Assembly: GCA_037379345.1 (NCBI GenBank)
Contig: CM074511.1
Span: forward strand, 1,860,001-1,924,000
DNA from: Perna viridis
Lineage: Eukaryota
Reading direction: 5' to 3'
DNA length: 64,000 nucleotides
Shown: positions 1-11,317 of the stretch, one piece after another
How positions within the stretch are numbered: position 1 is the stretch's first letter
Layout of the letters: the number at the start of each line of letters is the position of its first letter
Translations under genes and position numbers: made by a program
The notes under the pieces: model-generated
Databases searched by the model: none
Told to the model about the DNA's origin: nothing
Seen by the model: the letters and a program-made list of their open reading frames with translations, nothing else

Positions 1-195
1 TAAAACAATATATATAAAAATAAATAAAAACAAAGCAAAGAATGCTGCAAAAAAGTTGAAGAATTTTATTGACTAAAAACTTCTGACATGAAATTTCTCT
101 ATAACTACCTACTGGTATGTTTATGGTGAAAGTAAGGAAACCTTTGTGAACTTTGGAGTATTCACTAAACCATTTTTTGTTTGTTATTTTCTCAG

Positions 196-331
196 GAAGT
201 TGAAAGCTACTATAGAAGAATACACAACAAGAGTAGGGCAACAGGCGGTAGTTTTGTGTTGTACTCCTGGTAAAATAACACAGTCCGTTCAGTCATATAA
301 AGTGTTTGGTTCTCAGCCGTTAGAATCTGTG
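196..331 (+). CDS. NRF1: NRF1 coding exon (RKLKATIEEY...KVFGSQPLESV)
   Basis: Acceptor tttctcag ends at 195; donor GTAAGT at 332; conserved peptide. Confidence 0.95.
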
Positions 332-3300
332 GTAAGTGTTTGGTTCTCAGCTGTTATAATCTGTGGTAAGTGTTTGGTTCTTAGCCATTAGAATCTGTGG
401 TAAGTGTTTGGTTCTTAGCCATTAGAATCTGTGGTAAGTGTTTGGTTCTCAACTGTTAGAATCTGTGGTGTTTGGTTCTCAGCCGTTAGAATCTATGGTA
501 AGTGTTTGGTTCTCAGCCGTTAGAATCTGTGGTAAGTGTTTGGTTCTCAACCATTAGAATCTGTGGTAAGTGTTTGGTTCTTAGCCATTAGAATCTGTGG
601 TAAGTGTTTGGTTCTCAGCTGTTAGAATCTGTGATGTTTGGTTCTCAGCCGTTAGAATCTATGGTAAGTGTTTGGTTCTCAGCCGTTAGAATCTGTTGTG
701 TTTGGTTCTCAGCCGTTAGAATCTGTGGTAAGTGTTTGGTTCTCAACCATTAGAATCTGTGGTAAGTGTTTGGTTCTCAGCCATTAGAATCTGTGGTGTT
801 TGGTTCTCAGCCGTTAGAATCTGGTGTTTGATTGTCAGCCGTTAGGATCTGTGGTAAGTGTTTGGTTCTCAACTATTAGAATCTGTGGTAAGTGTTTGGT
901 TCTCAGCAGTTAATATCTGTGGTGTTTGGTTCTCAGCTGTTAGAATCTGTGGTGTTTGGTTCTCAGCGGTTAGAATCTGTGGAAATACATATTTTTTTGT
1001 AAAGGGTTTCATTACAAGAATATTTTGATGGTAAAAAAGGTTCATTAGATAATGTTTTCATACATAACATATTAAAAAGCAGGTCAAAACAATGAATAAA
1101 CTACTATTTGATCTGAAACAAATACAGATTCTTTTGAATGGAACAGATAAATTTTATACATTTCATTATAATGTTGGTCACTGTAATTCCTTTATTTATA
1201 AAAGTACATTTTCAATAGAAGATAGACATAATACATGTTACAAAGTGGCACAAGTGATTTTGAAGCTTTTTTAGGAGGATGTAGTGCTTTATAATATTTT
1301 ACTGTTGTTAAGGATATCCAGAAGTAATACATCTATATATAAATGCATATTAATCTGTAGATTAGGAACAACAAACAGATGATTTTATCTGATTTGGAGC
1401 AGTCATTAGCAGAACAGGCACCTCCTTCACAGACTGATACCTCTGGATTACATGAGTTACCTCCCCTAGTCATAGATGGTATCCCTACTCCTGTTGATAA
1501 AATGACACAGGTAGGTCTGGCATGTCAAATACAAATGTAGGTGTGATATGTCTAATGAAACAGGTAGGTCTGTTGTGTCAAATTCATATATTTAGATCTA
1601 TGCATATATTGTTAAGCATGTGTTTTTTGTATATTATTCTTTTAAGGGGGTAGGGTCTAATTGACCTGTGTTCTCTATCACCATTAGTCATTCATAAATA
1701 TTCATAGATAGCTTAGCATAAAGATTAGCTTAAATGGGATGCAGGCATAATATCCTGATTACAAAGCTACTTTTTTATATCTAAATTTCTCAAAGATGAT
1801 TTGAGGTGTTATATTAACTATGTCCCCATTGAAATTACAACCCAAATTTTACTCTGCAGTAGATACTAATATTGCAAATAAGGACTTGCAAAAAATATTT
1901 TTTTGTATCTTGCATGTAAAAATTTCCTTTTCATACCTAATATGTTTTGTAAATAATAAATTTAAGGCATTTGAAAAACATTTCATAGTGCATGTAATTG
2001 ATTATTTGAAGGACCTAAACTGACCTGCCATTCAAATTATTTGCAGAATAAAACTAACAATAATAAATGCAATTATATTGTAAAACCTATAATACACTAT
2101 TATTTGTTCTGTATTATTTTGATTTTTAAGATATTTTACCAACTCCTTTAACAGATTAGGTTTATTCTATTTTTGTTAATCTTTTTGAGATTTTGAAATT
2201 AATAGAATATACTGAGCCTTATTTTCTGCAAGCTTAATTTTTTACATTCCTTTTGACACAGTGAAAATAAGAACCTGCTATAGGTTAATTGATTTGCAAA
2301 GATATTTTGAAGTTAAATACAATGTCTTGTATATTCATTATAAAAATTCCTGGAAATTTATTTTTGCCAGGCCCAGTTGAGGAATTTCATCCCAGAAATG
2401 TTAAAGTATTCCACAGGTCGTAGTAAACCAGGGTGGGGAAAAGAGGAATGTAGGCCTCCATGGTGGCCATCTGATTTGCCCTGGGCTAATGTCAGAAGTG
2501 ATGCTCGAACAGATGAGGACAAGAAGAGGGTATGTGTTAGGAAGTTATTTATCATATTTTTGATAATTGCATGTCATGTTTAAAGCTGAATAATTAATTT
2601 TTACTTGTATTATAATAGATAACTGTGGTCAATAATTCTAGTGGAGATGTACTTTTATGATTGAACATTATAATTTTATTTTAGGTTTCATGGACAGAAG
2701 CTTTAAGAACAATTGTTAAGAATTGTTACAAACACCATGGAAGAGATGATCTGTTATATGTATTTCATGATGAAAATCAGGCCAGTGGATCAAAGACAAC
2801 ACAAGTCCATCAACAACCACAGGGATTTGGTGGCACGATGGTTCAAACAATAAATAATCCTGATGGCACTGTATCAATCATACAGATAGATGCTGCACCT
2901 CAGTCCATTGTTACATTACCTGATGGTACTCAGGCAACAGTTGTACAATGTGTAAGTAAACTTTAGCTGTTCCTATTTGTGCCTTGGTTATACAGTGTGT
3001 AAGTAAACATTACCTGTCAGTACTCAGACAACAGTTGTACAATGTGTAAGTAAACATTACTTTTGGTACTTAGGCAACAGTTGTATTGTGTGTCTATGTA
3101 AATATTCATGAAGGTATATACAGTCTACAGTGTGTTAGTCTTGTTCATAGTCATCATGTAAGTTTCATGTTTTTGCTGCAATATAAATTCAGCAATTAAA
3201 GGAGGCATTTTAATGATATTGAAGATTCTATTGGTTTGCAGAACAATCTGAAGAGGCAAGATATATTCCATAACATAAGGCTTGCATAAACACTATACCT

Positions 3301-6300
3301 ACTGTACATCAGAAAGATGTACTGAACAGTACTATTTCTATCAATGTCAATACACTCTAAACTCTTTAAAACAACCACCCAGTCTTAGATTCTCCTTGTC
3401 ACTATCTCTTTAGCTGATTCAGACTGATACAGTATGGAGATAATTTACCTCCTGTAATGATATGTCATTTAATCATTTCTTTTACAGGTAAATACACCCC
3501 AACAGGAAGCATCACAAGCTGTTCAAACTTTATCTGAAGCATCAGCCAATCAAAATTCAGATATTTCACAGACTTTTACAAGCCAAATCAGTGGCAATGT
3601 CAATTTGGAAATGACCGGGGAGAATGCAATCAACACTTCACAGATGGCAGCACTTCCCATCAATCAAAACGGACAAATAATATTAACCAATGATGGACAA
3701 ATAGGAGGTAAGATGTTAATATTGTGTAGTTGTAGGAATAAGTATCGAGACAAAATAAAACCCTTTATCATACACTTGCAGTGATTTTGTTACCCTTTTA
3801 TTGCAGCCAAATATCAGCTGTTTCCCCTGGAGAATTTTCCCAAAATTTTGAAAAATATATTTCCCAAAGGGAGGAAAATTCCCAATTGTCTGGCATATTT
3901 TTTTGAAAACCAGGTAAAAAGGCCAGTAAAATCTTCCTTGAGTACTTTGTTCACTTCTGGGGAAGTTTTTTTTCGGCAAATGGTAACCTAATAAATATTG
4001 GGCCATGGGAATACATATTAGTCAATTTGGTATCCGTTTTCAGTTATGGATCGACATATGACACATTTCTGTCCTTGTAAAATAGTTTTCCTAATGTGTT
4101 AAAAATACAGCAAAAATTTTCTCCCAAGAAAGGGTTGGGGCTGCTTTTAAAACAAGGAACTGTCTTGCAAAGTTCTTATGAGGTTATAGTGAACACCTAA
4201 AGCCATGAATTTTTACCAATGTTCTTTCTCATGTGAACACTTGCAGTGGATTTTGACCAATGTTCTTCTGTCATTCTGTAACACCCTTGTGAACACTCTA
4301 ACAATGGATTTGGACTAAACTTTGGACCTAGCATTCAAGATTTTAGTGGGTCTTTTCCAGGTTTTATGTTGTTCTTGTTACTTTTGACACTCCAGACAGT
4401 GCACCAGAACTGATAAAAGTAACATGCACAGAAAGTCATTGCGAAACTTTTAAGTTCATTATAAAATAAACATTTTTCAACTCCAGATGCATTAAAATCA
4501 AAACTCAACACAGCTGCAAAGTAAATGTACCAAGTTTTAGATAATGACTTAGCAGGAATATGTTAATTTTTTATGATAAGTGTTGATAACATAGATTGAA
4601 TATAAAAACTTTAAATTGCTTGGTGAAATTGATTTACCAGGAATACATGTATAGGGAATTTTTGTCAGTATCACAAAACATTAGGATTGCAATTTGCTCA
4701 AAATAATGAGGTGCAATTCGATTAAAATATATATAAAATATATAGTTTTGATTTCTTAGATAAAACAATAAAGATATGAAAAGTCACTTTCAGATAGCAG
4801 GTGTTCAAAGTATTTCTCCACAAAATCTAATGAATCTAAATTGTACTATTAAGAATGAAGAAGAAATTTAATTCAGAGCTGAAGGAAAATCAGTTTCTCC
4901 CATAAAAATTGTTAAGAAAAACTAACAAAATTAAATGGGGTTGAAATTTTATCAATGTTTGTTATATTTTTGGTTCTCTTTAACTATCAGTTGAATATCC
5001 TGTTAAAATTATTTTCCCAGAGACTTATTTTACTTCAGAATGGCCATTTATGTTGTTTGTTAACCCGGAGTAAAAGTGATAATCCAGAGACTCAGTGAAT
5101 TACATTTTTGTATACTAGTTCTAATGGAACAGTTATGGAATTTTCTTTTTTTTTTAGCTCACCTGGCTGGTGAGCTATTACCATCACTTGGCGTCCATGG
5201 TCGTCATTGTTCATCGTTGTTGACAATTTATCAAACTCTTCTCCCCCACACACTCATTGATCAATTGGAACTAAACTTGGTATGAATGTTTCTTGGGGTA
5301 TCCAGCATAGAACTGATTGGGAGATTTTTGATCTGTCGAAAAAAAAACATGGCCACCATTACTAAAAATAGAACATAGGGGTCAGACAATAGTTTTTCAC
5401 ACATGTCCAAAACCATTAAGTTTAGCCAAATTTTGACTGGGTAAAAGTGTTGTCCTCGGTGAGATCTATCGGCAATTAAATTTTCATTTTAATCAGTTAA
5501 GCCATGTTGGAGTTACTGCCCTTTTTCCATTTTATACGTATTTTCAATGTTATTTCTTTCCAAAATCTTCTCCTTTGAAACTACCCGACCAATAAGAAGT
5601 AAACTTAGTATGAACATTACTTAAGTTATTCTGTGTAGGTCTGATGTGGGTATTTGGGATTTATGGAAAAACATGGCTGCTAGTACTAAAAATAGTACAA
5701 AGGGGGTCAGTCAGAAGTCTCCAAAACTGTTAGGTTAAGCCAATTCTTGCAATTGCCGAAACAATCTTATCATAAAGCTACAAAAGTCTTGAAGGGATAA
5801 AATTTATCAGATGACTCCTTGTTAGAGTAATTGCTGTTGAAAGGCGAAAAATGAGTTTTTTTGCAGTTTTCAGCTGATATCATGAAAACTGTAGTAGATA
5901 CATGTATAAAGAAACTTTCAATTGCTGAAATGTTCCTTATGATAAGGCCTGCAAAAGTCTGTGAAGATCAAAGTTGTCGGATGCGTCCTTGTTAGAATTA
6001 TTGCCCTTTAAAAGGTGAAAAATGAGGTTTTTTCAGCCTTATGAAAAGTCCTACCAGTTTTCATGAGTAAGAATTGTTGTACAACTCCCTGTTAGAGTTA
6101 TTGCCCTTAAAAGTCAAAAATTAAACAGGTGAGTAATTCAGGCTCTTGGGTGCCTCTTGTTTAAAATTTAATGTTACCTAAGAACTCCACAAAAGCCATT
6201 TATTAGCTCACCTGGACCAAAGGTCCCAGTGAGCTTATGCCATGTCTTTGGGTCAGTCTTTGATTGTCTGTTGTCTGTTATGCACACTGCATAAAGTTTT

Positions 6301-8196
6301 CACATTTTGCTCAATTATATAAAATCCACTGACCAATTTTTATTGGCCTGACTTGGCAGAAATGATGTATGCAAGAGCTTATATTAAAAGATCCATTTTA
6401 TTTCCATTTTACCAGAAGCTATATATCTTCTTATTGGCCAGTTTCCTAAGATCAACTTCTCAGAAATCATAAGTGCCAATGCTTTAAAACTTGATGCAAT
6501 GTAGATTAAATGACATCAATGCCCTTTACAAACAATCCAATTTTGTGGCCTATATCTCTACTATTACTTAGCCAATGGTGACTAAATATGGTAGAATTAC
6601 TGAGAGTTACAATTCATGAGTATAAGCCCCCTTTCATTAGTGGGATTCGGCCCGGTTTTAAAGTGCATCCAGTACTTCTCCATGCCAGTACCGGACGCCA
6701 AAGATTTCTTAAATTGGACTTGGATGCAGAGTTGTGAATTGTTTGTTGTACTTTGTCCAAAATTGGATTGTATCGATCATAAGCTTGGACGATTCACATA
6801 TTGTATTGTCTGTCCAGAATTGCAATACTCGAAACAGCATTTTTAATTATTTATTTGCAATCCGGTCTTCCTTTTAGTAGTACCAAAATGGTGGAAGTAA
6901 TTGAAGTTGATGAGTTTGCAGAAAAAGTGATTGTAAATGTCCCTTTAGTATTTAAGTAAAATGCCTGGAAGTAGTTTGGATTTCTGACAAAAAAAAAATA
7001 AGGTTGTGTGCCATCTTTGTAAGAGACAATACATCTTGTGATACTATTGTAACGCTTCTAGATATCATGATGCCCATCATATCATGAAATTTCTAACAAT
7101 ACTTAGCTCAGTGGCATATGCTGGACTCTTCGTCTTTTTTTAGAGCGTATACTGGCCTTGAGGACATTTATACACATAACAAAGTTTTGGTTCTGGTTGA
7201 TTAAACAAGGTAGCCACCATAGGCTATTTTATTTTCTGATTTGCCAATTTTCAATTCTTCAGAAACCACAGTTGACGATATTTTGAAACTTAATACCTCA
7301 ATGCCCTGTACAATTTGATTCACTTTTTCTGTGGTTCTGGTGGATAAGGGGGATAGCTGTGGCCACTGTTAACATATAAACCATATAGGGAAACACATTT
7401 TGGCCTATATGTGGCTTAGGTGGTTCAGTTGATGATATGAATGAACTCTCTAAACCTTTTGTTAGAATGATCAAATGATATTACCATATGATTTCACATT
7501 CTCCAGGGGAGTGATTCAGGCTCTTTACAGCCTCTAGTTAAATTAAAATTACACCATTAAAATTAATGAAATGTTTAGCTGAGATGTATATTGGACATCT
7601 TATTCAGAATCATATAATATTCAAGGTTATAGGTGGATCAATTCATTTATATAGTACAATGTTTGGTTTTAAATTGTAATCTAATTTTGGTTAATTCTGT
7701 TAATGGTGCATGAAAATCTGGCACTTGATTTATTAAAACTTCTTCCACCTATGATTTTGAAAAATGAATGTGTACAGGTGTATATAAAATTTGTTTTGTT
7801 TTAGGCGGTACTGTTGAAAAAGTCATCTTTGAAGATATGTTGGTCCAAGAAATTTATCTTCTTGTCGGCATTGTCATTGATTGTCATTGTCCTTGTTCTG
7901 TACATATGATTTTCTATTTAGGTATTGTAACAATACCAGTATCAATGTACCAGTCCATGACAGGGACACCCATTGCAATCGACCCAACTCAATTAACTCA
8001 GGGAACAACACAATTAACTCCACAACAAATACAACAGATCCAATCACAGTTACAGCCACATCTTGCCCAACAAATTGGCCAAATCACCATGGTTTCTGCT
8101 AGTGAGGGCACACAACCTGATGTTAAACCACAAACATCAGCAGTACCTGACGCAACACAGGCTGTGGAAGTCATGTCGGTTGATCAGCCCCAATGA
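196..8196 (+). CDS. NRF1: Nuclear respiratory factor 1 / erect wing / P3A2 family transcription factor, 5'-partial; join(196..331,1361..1510,2371..2529,2685..2951,3488..3707,7922..8196), about 401 aa in window
   Basis: The exons splice in frame with GT-AG ends. Translation gives NRF1 DNA-binding-domain motifs (RKLKATIEEYTTRVGQQAVVL, LPPLVIDGIPTPVDKMTQAQLRNFIPEMLKYSTGR, PPWWP, VSWTEALRTIVKNCYKHHGRDDLL) and the C-terminal GIVTIPVSMYQ motif. Confidence 0.96.
302..981 (+). repeat. 34/30-bp tandem array of the NRF1 exon end plus donor, 21 copies
   Basis: Unit GTGTTTGGTTCTCAGCCGTTAGAATCTGTG(GTAA). The first copy is exonic; 13 copies keep GTAAGT. Confidence 0.97.
1361..1510 (+). CDS. NRF1: NRF1 coding exon (IRNNKQMILSDLE...GIPTPVDKMTQ)
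   Basis: ctgtag acceptor, GTAGGT donor, 150 nt, phase 0/0; missed by the ORF track. Confidence 0.95.
1501..1583 (+). repeat. About 27-bp triplication of the NRF1 exon end plus donor
   Basis: aatgacacagGTAGGTctggcatgtca / aatacaaatGTAGGTgtgatatgtct / aatgaaacagGTAGGTctgttgtgtca. Confidence 0.8.
2371..2529 (+). CDS. NRF1: NRF1 coding exon (AQLRNFIPEM...DEDKKR)
   Basis: tttgccag acceptor, GTATGT donor, 159 nt; contains KPGWGKE and PPWWP. Confidence 0.96.
2685..2951 (+). CDS. NRF1: NRF1 coding exon (VSWTEALRTIV...GTQATVVQC)
   Basis: ttttag acceptor, GTAAGT donor, 267 nt open; contains MVQTINNPDGTVSIIQID. Confidence 0.94.
2913..3093 (+). repeat. 47-bp degenerate array (4 copies) of the NRF1 exon end plus donor
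   Basis: TGT|GTAAGTAAAC recurs with GT at 2952, 2999 and 3046. Copies 3 and 4 repeat the exonic acattacc..gtactcaggcaacagttgta. Confidence 0.9.
3488..3707 (+). CDS. NRF1: NRF1 coding exon (VNTPQQEASQAVQTL...GQIILTNDGQIG)
   Basis: tttacag acceptor, GTAAGA donor, 220 nt, phase 0/1; AVQTL and GQIILT resemble the NRF1 activation region. Confidence 0.88.
5155..6160 (+). mobile_element. Non-autonomous Helentron/HINE-like element
   Basis: Starts TAGCTCACCTG after a T-run; 3' inverted CAGGTGAG, a short hairpin and a CTTGT end; internal repeats (tcc.tgttaga...ttgc at about 5816, 5987, 6087). Reverse-complement homologue at 60038-60927. Class assignment is by structure only. Confidence 0.7.
6204..7538 (+). 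mobile_element. Second, diverged HINE-like element
   Basis: Same termini (TAGCTCACCTGG...GTGAGC; CAGGGGAG-TGATTCAGGCTC-TTTACAGCC-TCTAGT) and a GTCT-like microsatellite near the 5' end. Confidence 0.6.
7922..8196 (+). CDS. NRF1: NRF1 terminal coding exon (GIVTIPVSMYQ...QAVEVMSVDQPQ*)
   Basis: Phase-1 acceptor ctatttag; Q-rich; TGA at 8194-8196. Confidence 0.9.
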
Positions 8197-8438
8197 AATG
8201 TTTTCCACTTTTCTTGACAGCATAATTATTAAAAATTGTACTTTGTTTATCTATATTTATTATATCATTCTTTCTGTACATTTTTTCAGTAAGTTTTGAT
8301 GCCTTATGGATCTGTGATTCTTTTTAAAGCTGAATTCAATACTGAAAAATTAAGACATTAATATAAAAACGATTAAAAATACTGTGAGCAAGCTCGCATA
8401 TAATATACATTCCACCTTAAGTGGACTTGAATCTTATT

Positions 8439-8910
8439 AAAGAGTAATCAAGGGAACAAAGGTTATAGCGGTAATCAAAAGAATGTAATCCAAGGACAAA
8501 GACCAGACATGGAAAACAGACACACACAACAAAGAACATAAAGCAACTAAAATCATATACAAATTAACAAAAGCAAATAAGCAACTCGGACTCCACTAAA
8601 AACTGGGAGCATGGACCAGGTGCACCAGTAGGGTAAGCATCCTCTGCTTTTCTTGAAACACCCGCCAAGTTGCTCATAAAAAATCAAGTCCGGGGTAGAT
8701 AAACGAGGAAAGGAAAACCATGATCCGTTGAATAAATCAGTTTTCATGGTGCTGATGGATACATGATGACGACCATAAAACTTCTGTAGTGATGACTTCA
8801 ATCTTGTAGCAACATAACCCTGTTCCAGAAGCCTATTTGTTAGAGTTCTAGCGTGATACAAAAAGTCCCCGTAGTTTTGGCAAGCTCTGGCATATTGTAT
8901 GAGTTGGGAT
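8439..8910 (-). mobile_element. 5'-truncated Penelope-like retroelement fragment downstream of the NRF1 stop
   Basis: Reverse complement of about 30090-30582; encodes ARTLTNRLLEQGYVATRLKSSLQKFYGRHH; shares the family 3' end. Confidence 0.8.
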
Positions 8911-9609
8911 GTAAGGGTGTTGTGAATTGTAATTTCTTGGTAATTTTTTACTCTATTTTCTTATAGAAAAAGTTGTTCCCATGGAAATCAAGACATGAAA
9001 ACTTTTCCAGTTGTAGTTTGGTATTTTCTTAAACATATTCCCTCATTATACCAAAGAAAGTATGAATATTGTTTTAAAACTGCAAACAAGCCCATGTTAA
9101 CTCTTAAAATATAAAGAATGGTTGTATTGTAATTTAAAGCTGTATTAACATCATTGTCAAACAGATGTATTTTTAATAAACTGACAATAGGGCCTGTACA
9201 GTTTATACATAGAATAATGTCGCTCTCATTTATTGTGTTCAATTATAATATTTATTGTAATGTAAAACAGCTACAGAACTATTAAATATATTATACAAGT
9301 TTCTATTGTTACTCAAGAATGGTATAATATAATAGTACATTAAACAAGGTAGATACCTGGAATTCTACAGTGGGCCTGAATAAACACTATATCACCTTGG
9401 CACCACAAAATTATCTTTGTCTGTTTATTACAAGTTAAACTACAAATCTATAAATGATATTTAAAAAAAACCTTGACTTTAAGATCTTTGCATCATGTGT
9501 GGATAGTTTAGCTGATTGATATGTTGAAACTTATAAATGTAATATTGGATTGATTGTGGTGAAGATCAGCAGTATACTTCATGTCTACAATGATCAAATA
9601 AAGTTATGT

Positions 9610-9701
9610 GTCCAAGTGGAGTTGGAATTATTGTTTATGAACTTTGATTGCTGAGTTCAAGTGGAGTTGGAATTCTTGTTTATGAACTGAGTCCAAGTGG
9701 A
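9610..9701 (+). repeat. Short degenerate tandem repeat
   Basis: gtccaagtggagttggaatt.ttgtttatgaact, about 2.5 copies. Confidence 0.8.
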
Positions 9702-11157
9702 GAGTCAATTTCCTAGTTTTGACCAGTTTCTAGTATATTGTAGGTACATATGTACCCTGTTATCAAGTGTTGCAATTTTATTATTACCCAGTAGTCTGTA
9801 GTTGGCAATGGTTACTGTTGACAGACAGATCTGTTTTACCAAACTAATTAACCTTCATATAGAACAGTAAAATATCCATAAACACAAGTCTAGCAAGTAT
9901 TAAGTAAGGAATCTATCCCCATATGTATGCCAACTGAATAACTGTAATAATTCCTGAAGAAAGACAATTACAACAGACAACTGTGCAAAGTTTGAAGTAA
10001 ATCCAACTAGGCTTCCTCAAGATACAGTGTAAAATATGTAAAGTCTCGACCTTTACCCCTTTTTGAAAATTTTAAAGTCCTATAACTGAAACATTAACCA
10101 TATTTGTACTAGGCATTCTCAAGTTACTGAGTGGCATGTTTATGACAGACAGACATAATATGTCCTATCTTTGAAAATCAGGAAAGGTATTATATTCTTA
10201 AGTCCATCTTTGTCAAACACCAGTGAAACAAAACAAACATAATTTTGAAGTGTAGCACATCAAAATACAACCATATATCAAACTGAATATCGTTGTGAAT
10301 AGTGTTATGAAAGGTATTGTGTGACTTACATTCTGTATTTATATATTAGACAAACTAAGGCCAATTTAAACTTTATTCTAACAATTCTGATTTGTAACAT
10401 ATTTCATAGTAACATGATGTGTTACCATGTTATTCACTCTAAATCATTTTTAAACTAATAAAACAATCAAAACACTGTTTCTTTCATGAATTACGAAAAC
10501 TTAACATCCATAATATACGATTTAATTTACACAATAACAATTCATTTATTATGTGTCAGTTTATAGAAACTGCTTCAACCCTATGTTTATAGTACTGATG
10601 TTTTAATCTTGAACAATTCCCTAAACATTTTTACAACTTTGTTTTTGTCAAATTATTTCAAACATACAAAGAAATCAATAGAAAATCAACTTCTAGACTT
10701 CTAGTGCATGGATTTGTAGTTTTAAAAATCCAAATAAAAGAAAAGCTATAAGAATTTATATCAAAGTTGAAGCAGTTTCAATGCTGTATATAAAGGGCAG
10801 ATAACTGTAAAACTTTCCCTGAATGCTTCTACTGACATAACTGCATAGTGTTAATATATGATGATGGAAACTAACGCGACTAGACTGATCCTAAACCTAA
10901 GTACCATAAGGTCAAGTTCTTAACAGTTACCTTGGCAAGAGCATTTATTCCATCTAAAAAAAGAAGAACAGGAACTTCTCAACTGAAGTTTCCAATAATA
11001 CTATATTAAATCCAATTTTTTGTTCAATTGTAAGAAACTGATATGTCTTTGAAATAGTACGAGAAGAAAGTCCCTTGTAACAGAATGTCAAAAATGTCGA
11101 GAAAATGGTGTTAAACTAAAACATATTAAAGATAATAGTACATCTACAGTAAATCAT

Positions 11158-11317
11158 CCAACAAGGATCTACAGGTTCTACTGTAAAACCTGCTAAAACC
11201 CTGAATCTGGTGATACCATCCAACAGGGATCTACAGGTTCTACTGTAAAACCTGCTAAAACCCTGAATATTCACTCTTGTTATATCTTACAACAGGGATC
11301 TACAGGTTCTACTGTAA
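11158..11317 (+). repeat. Short tandem repeat (60-70 bp period)
   Basis: ggatctacaggttctactgtaa occurs three times. Confidence 0.85.
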
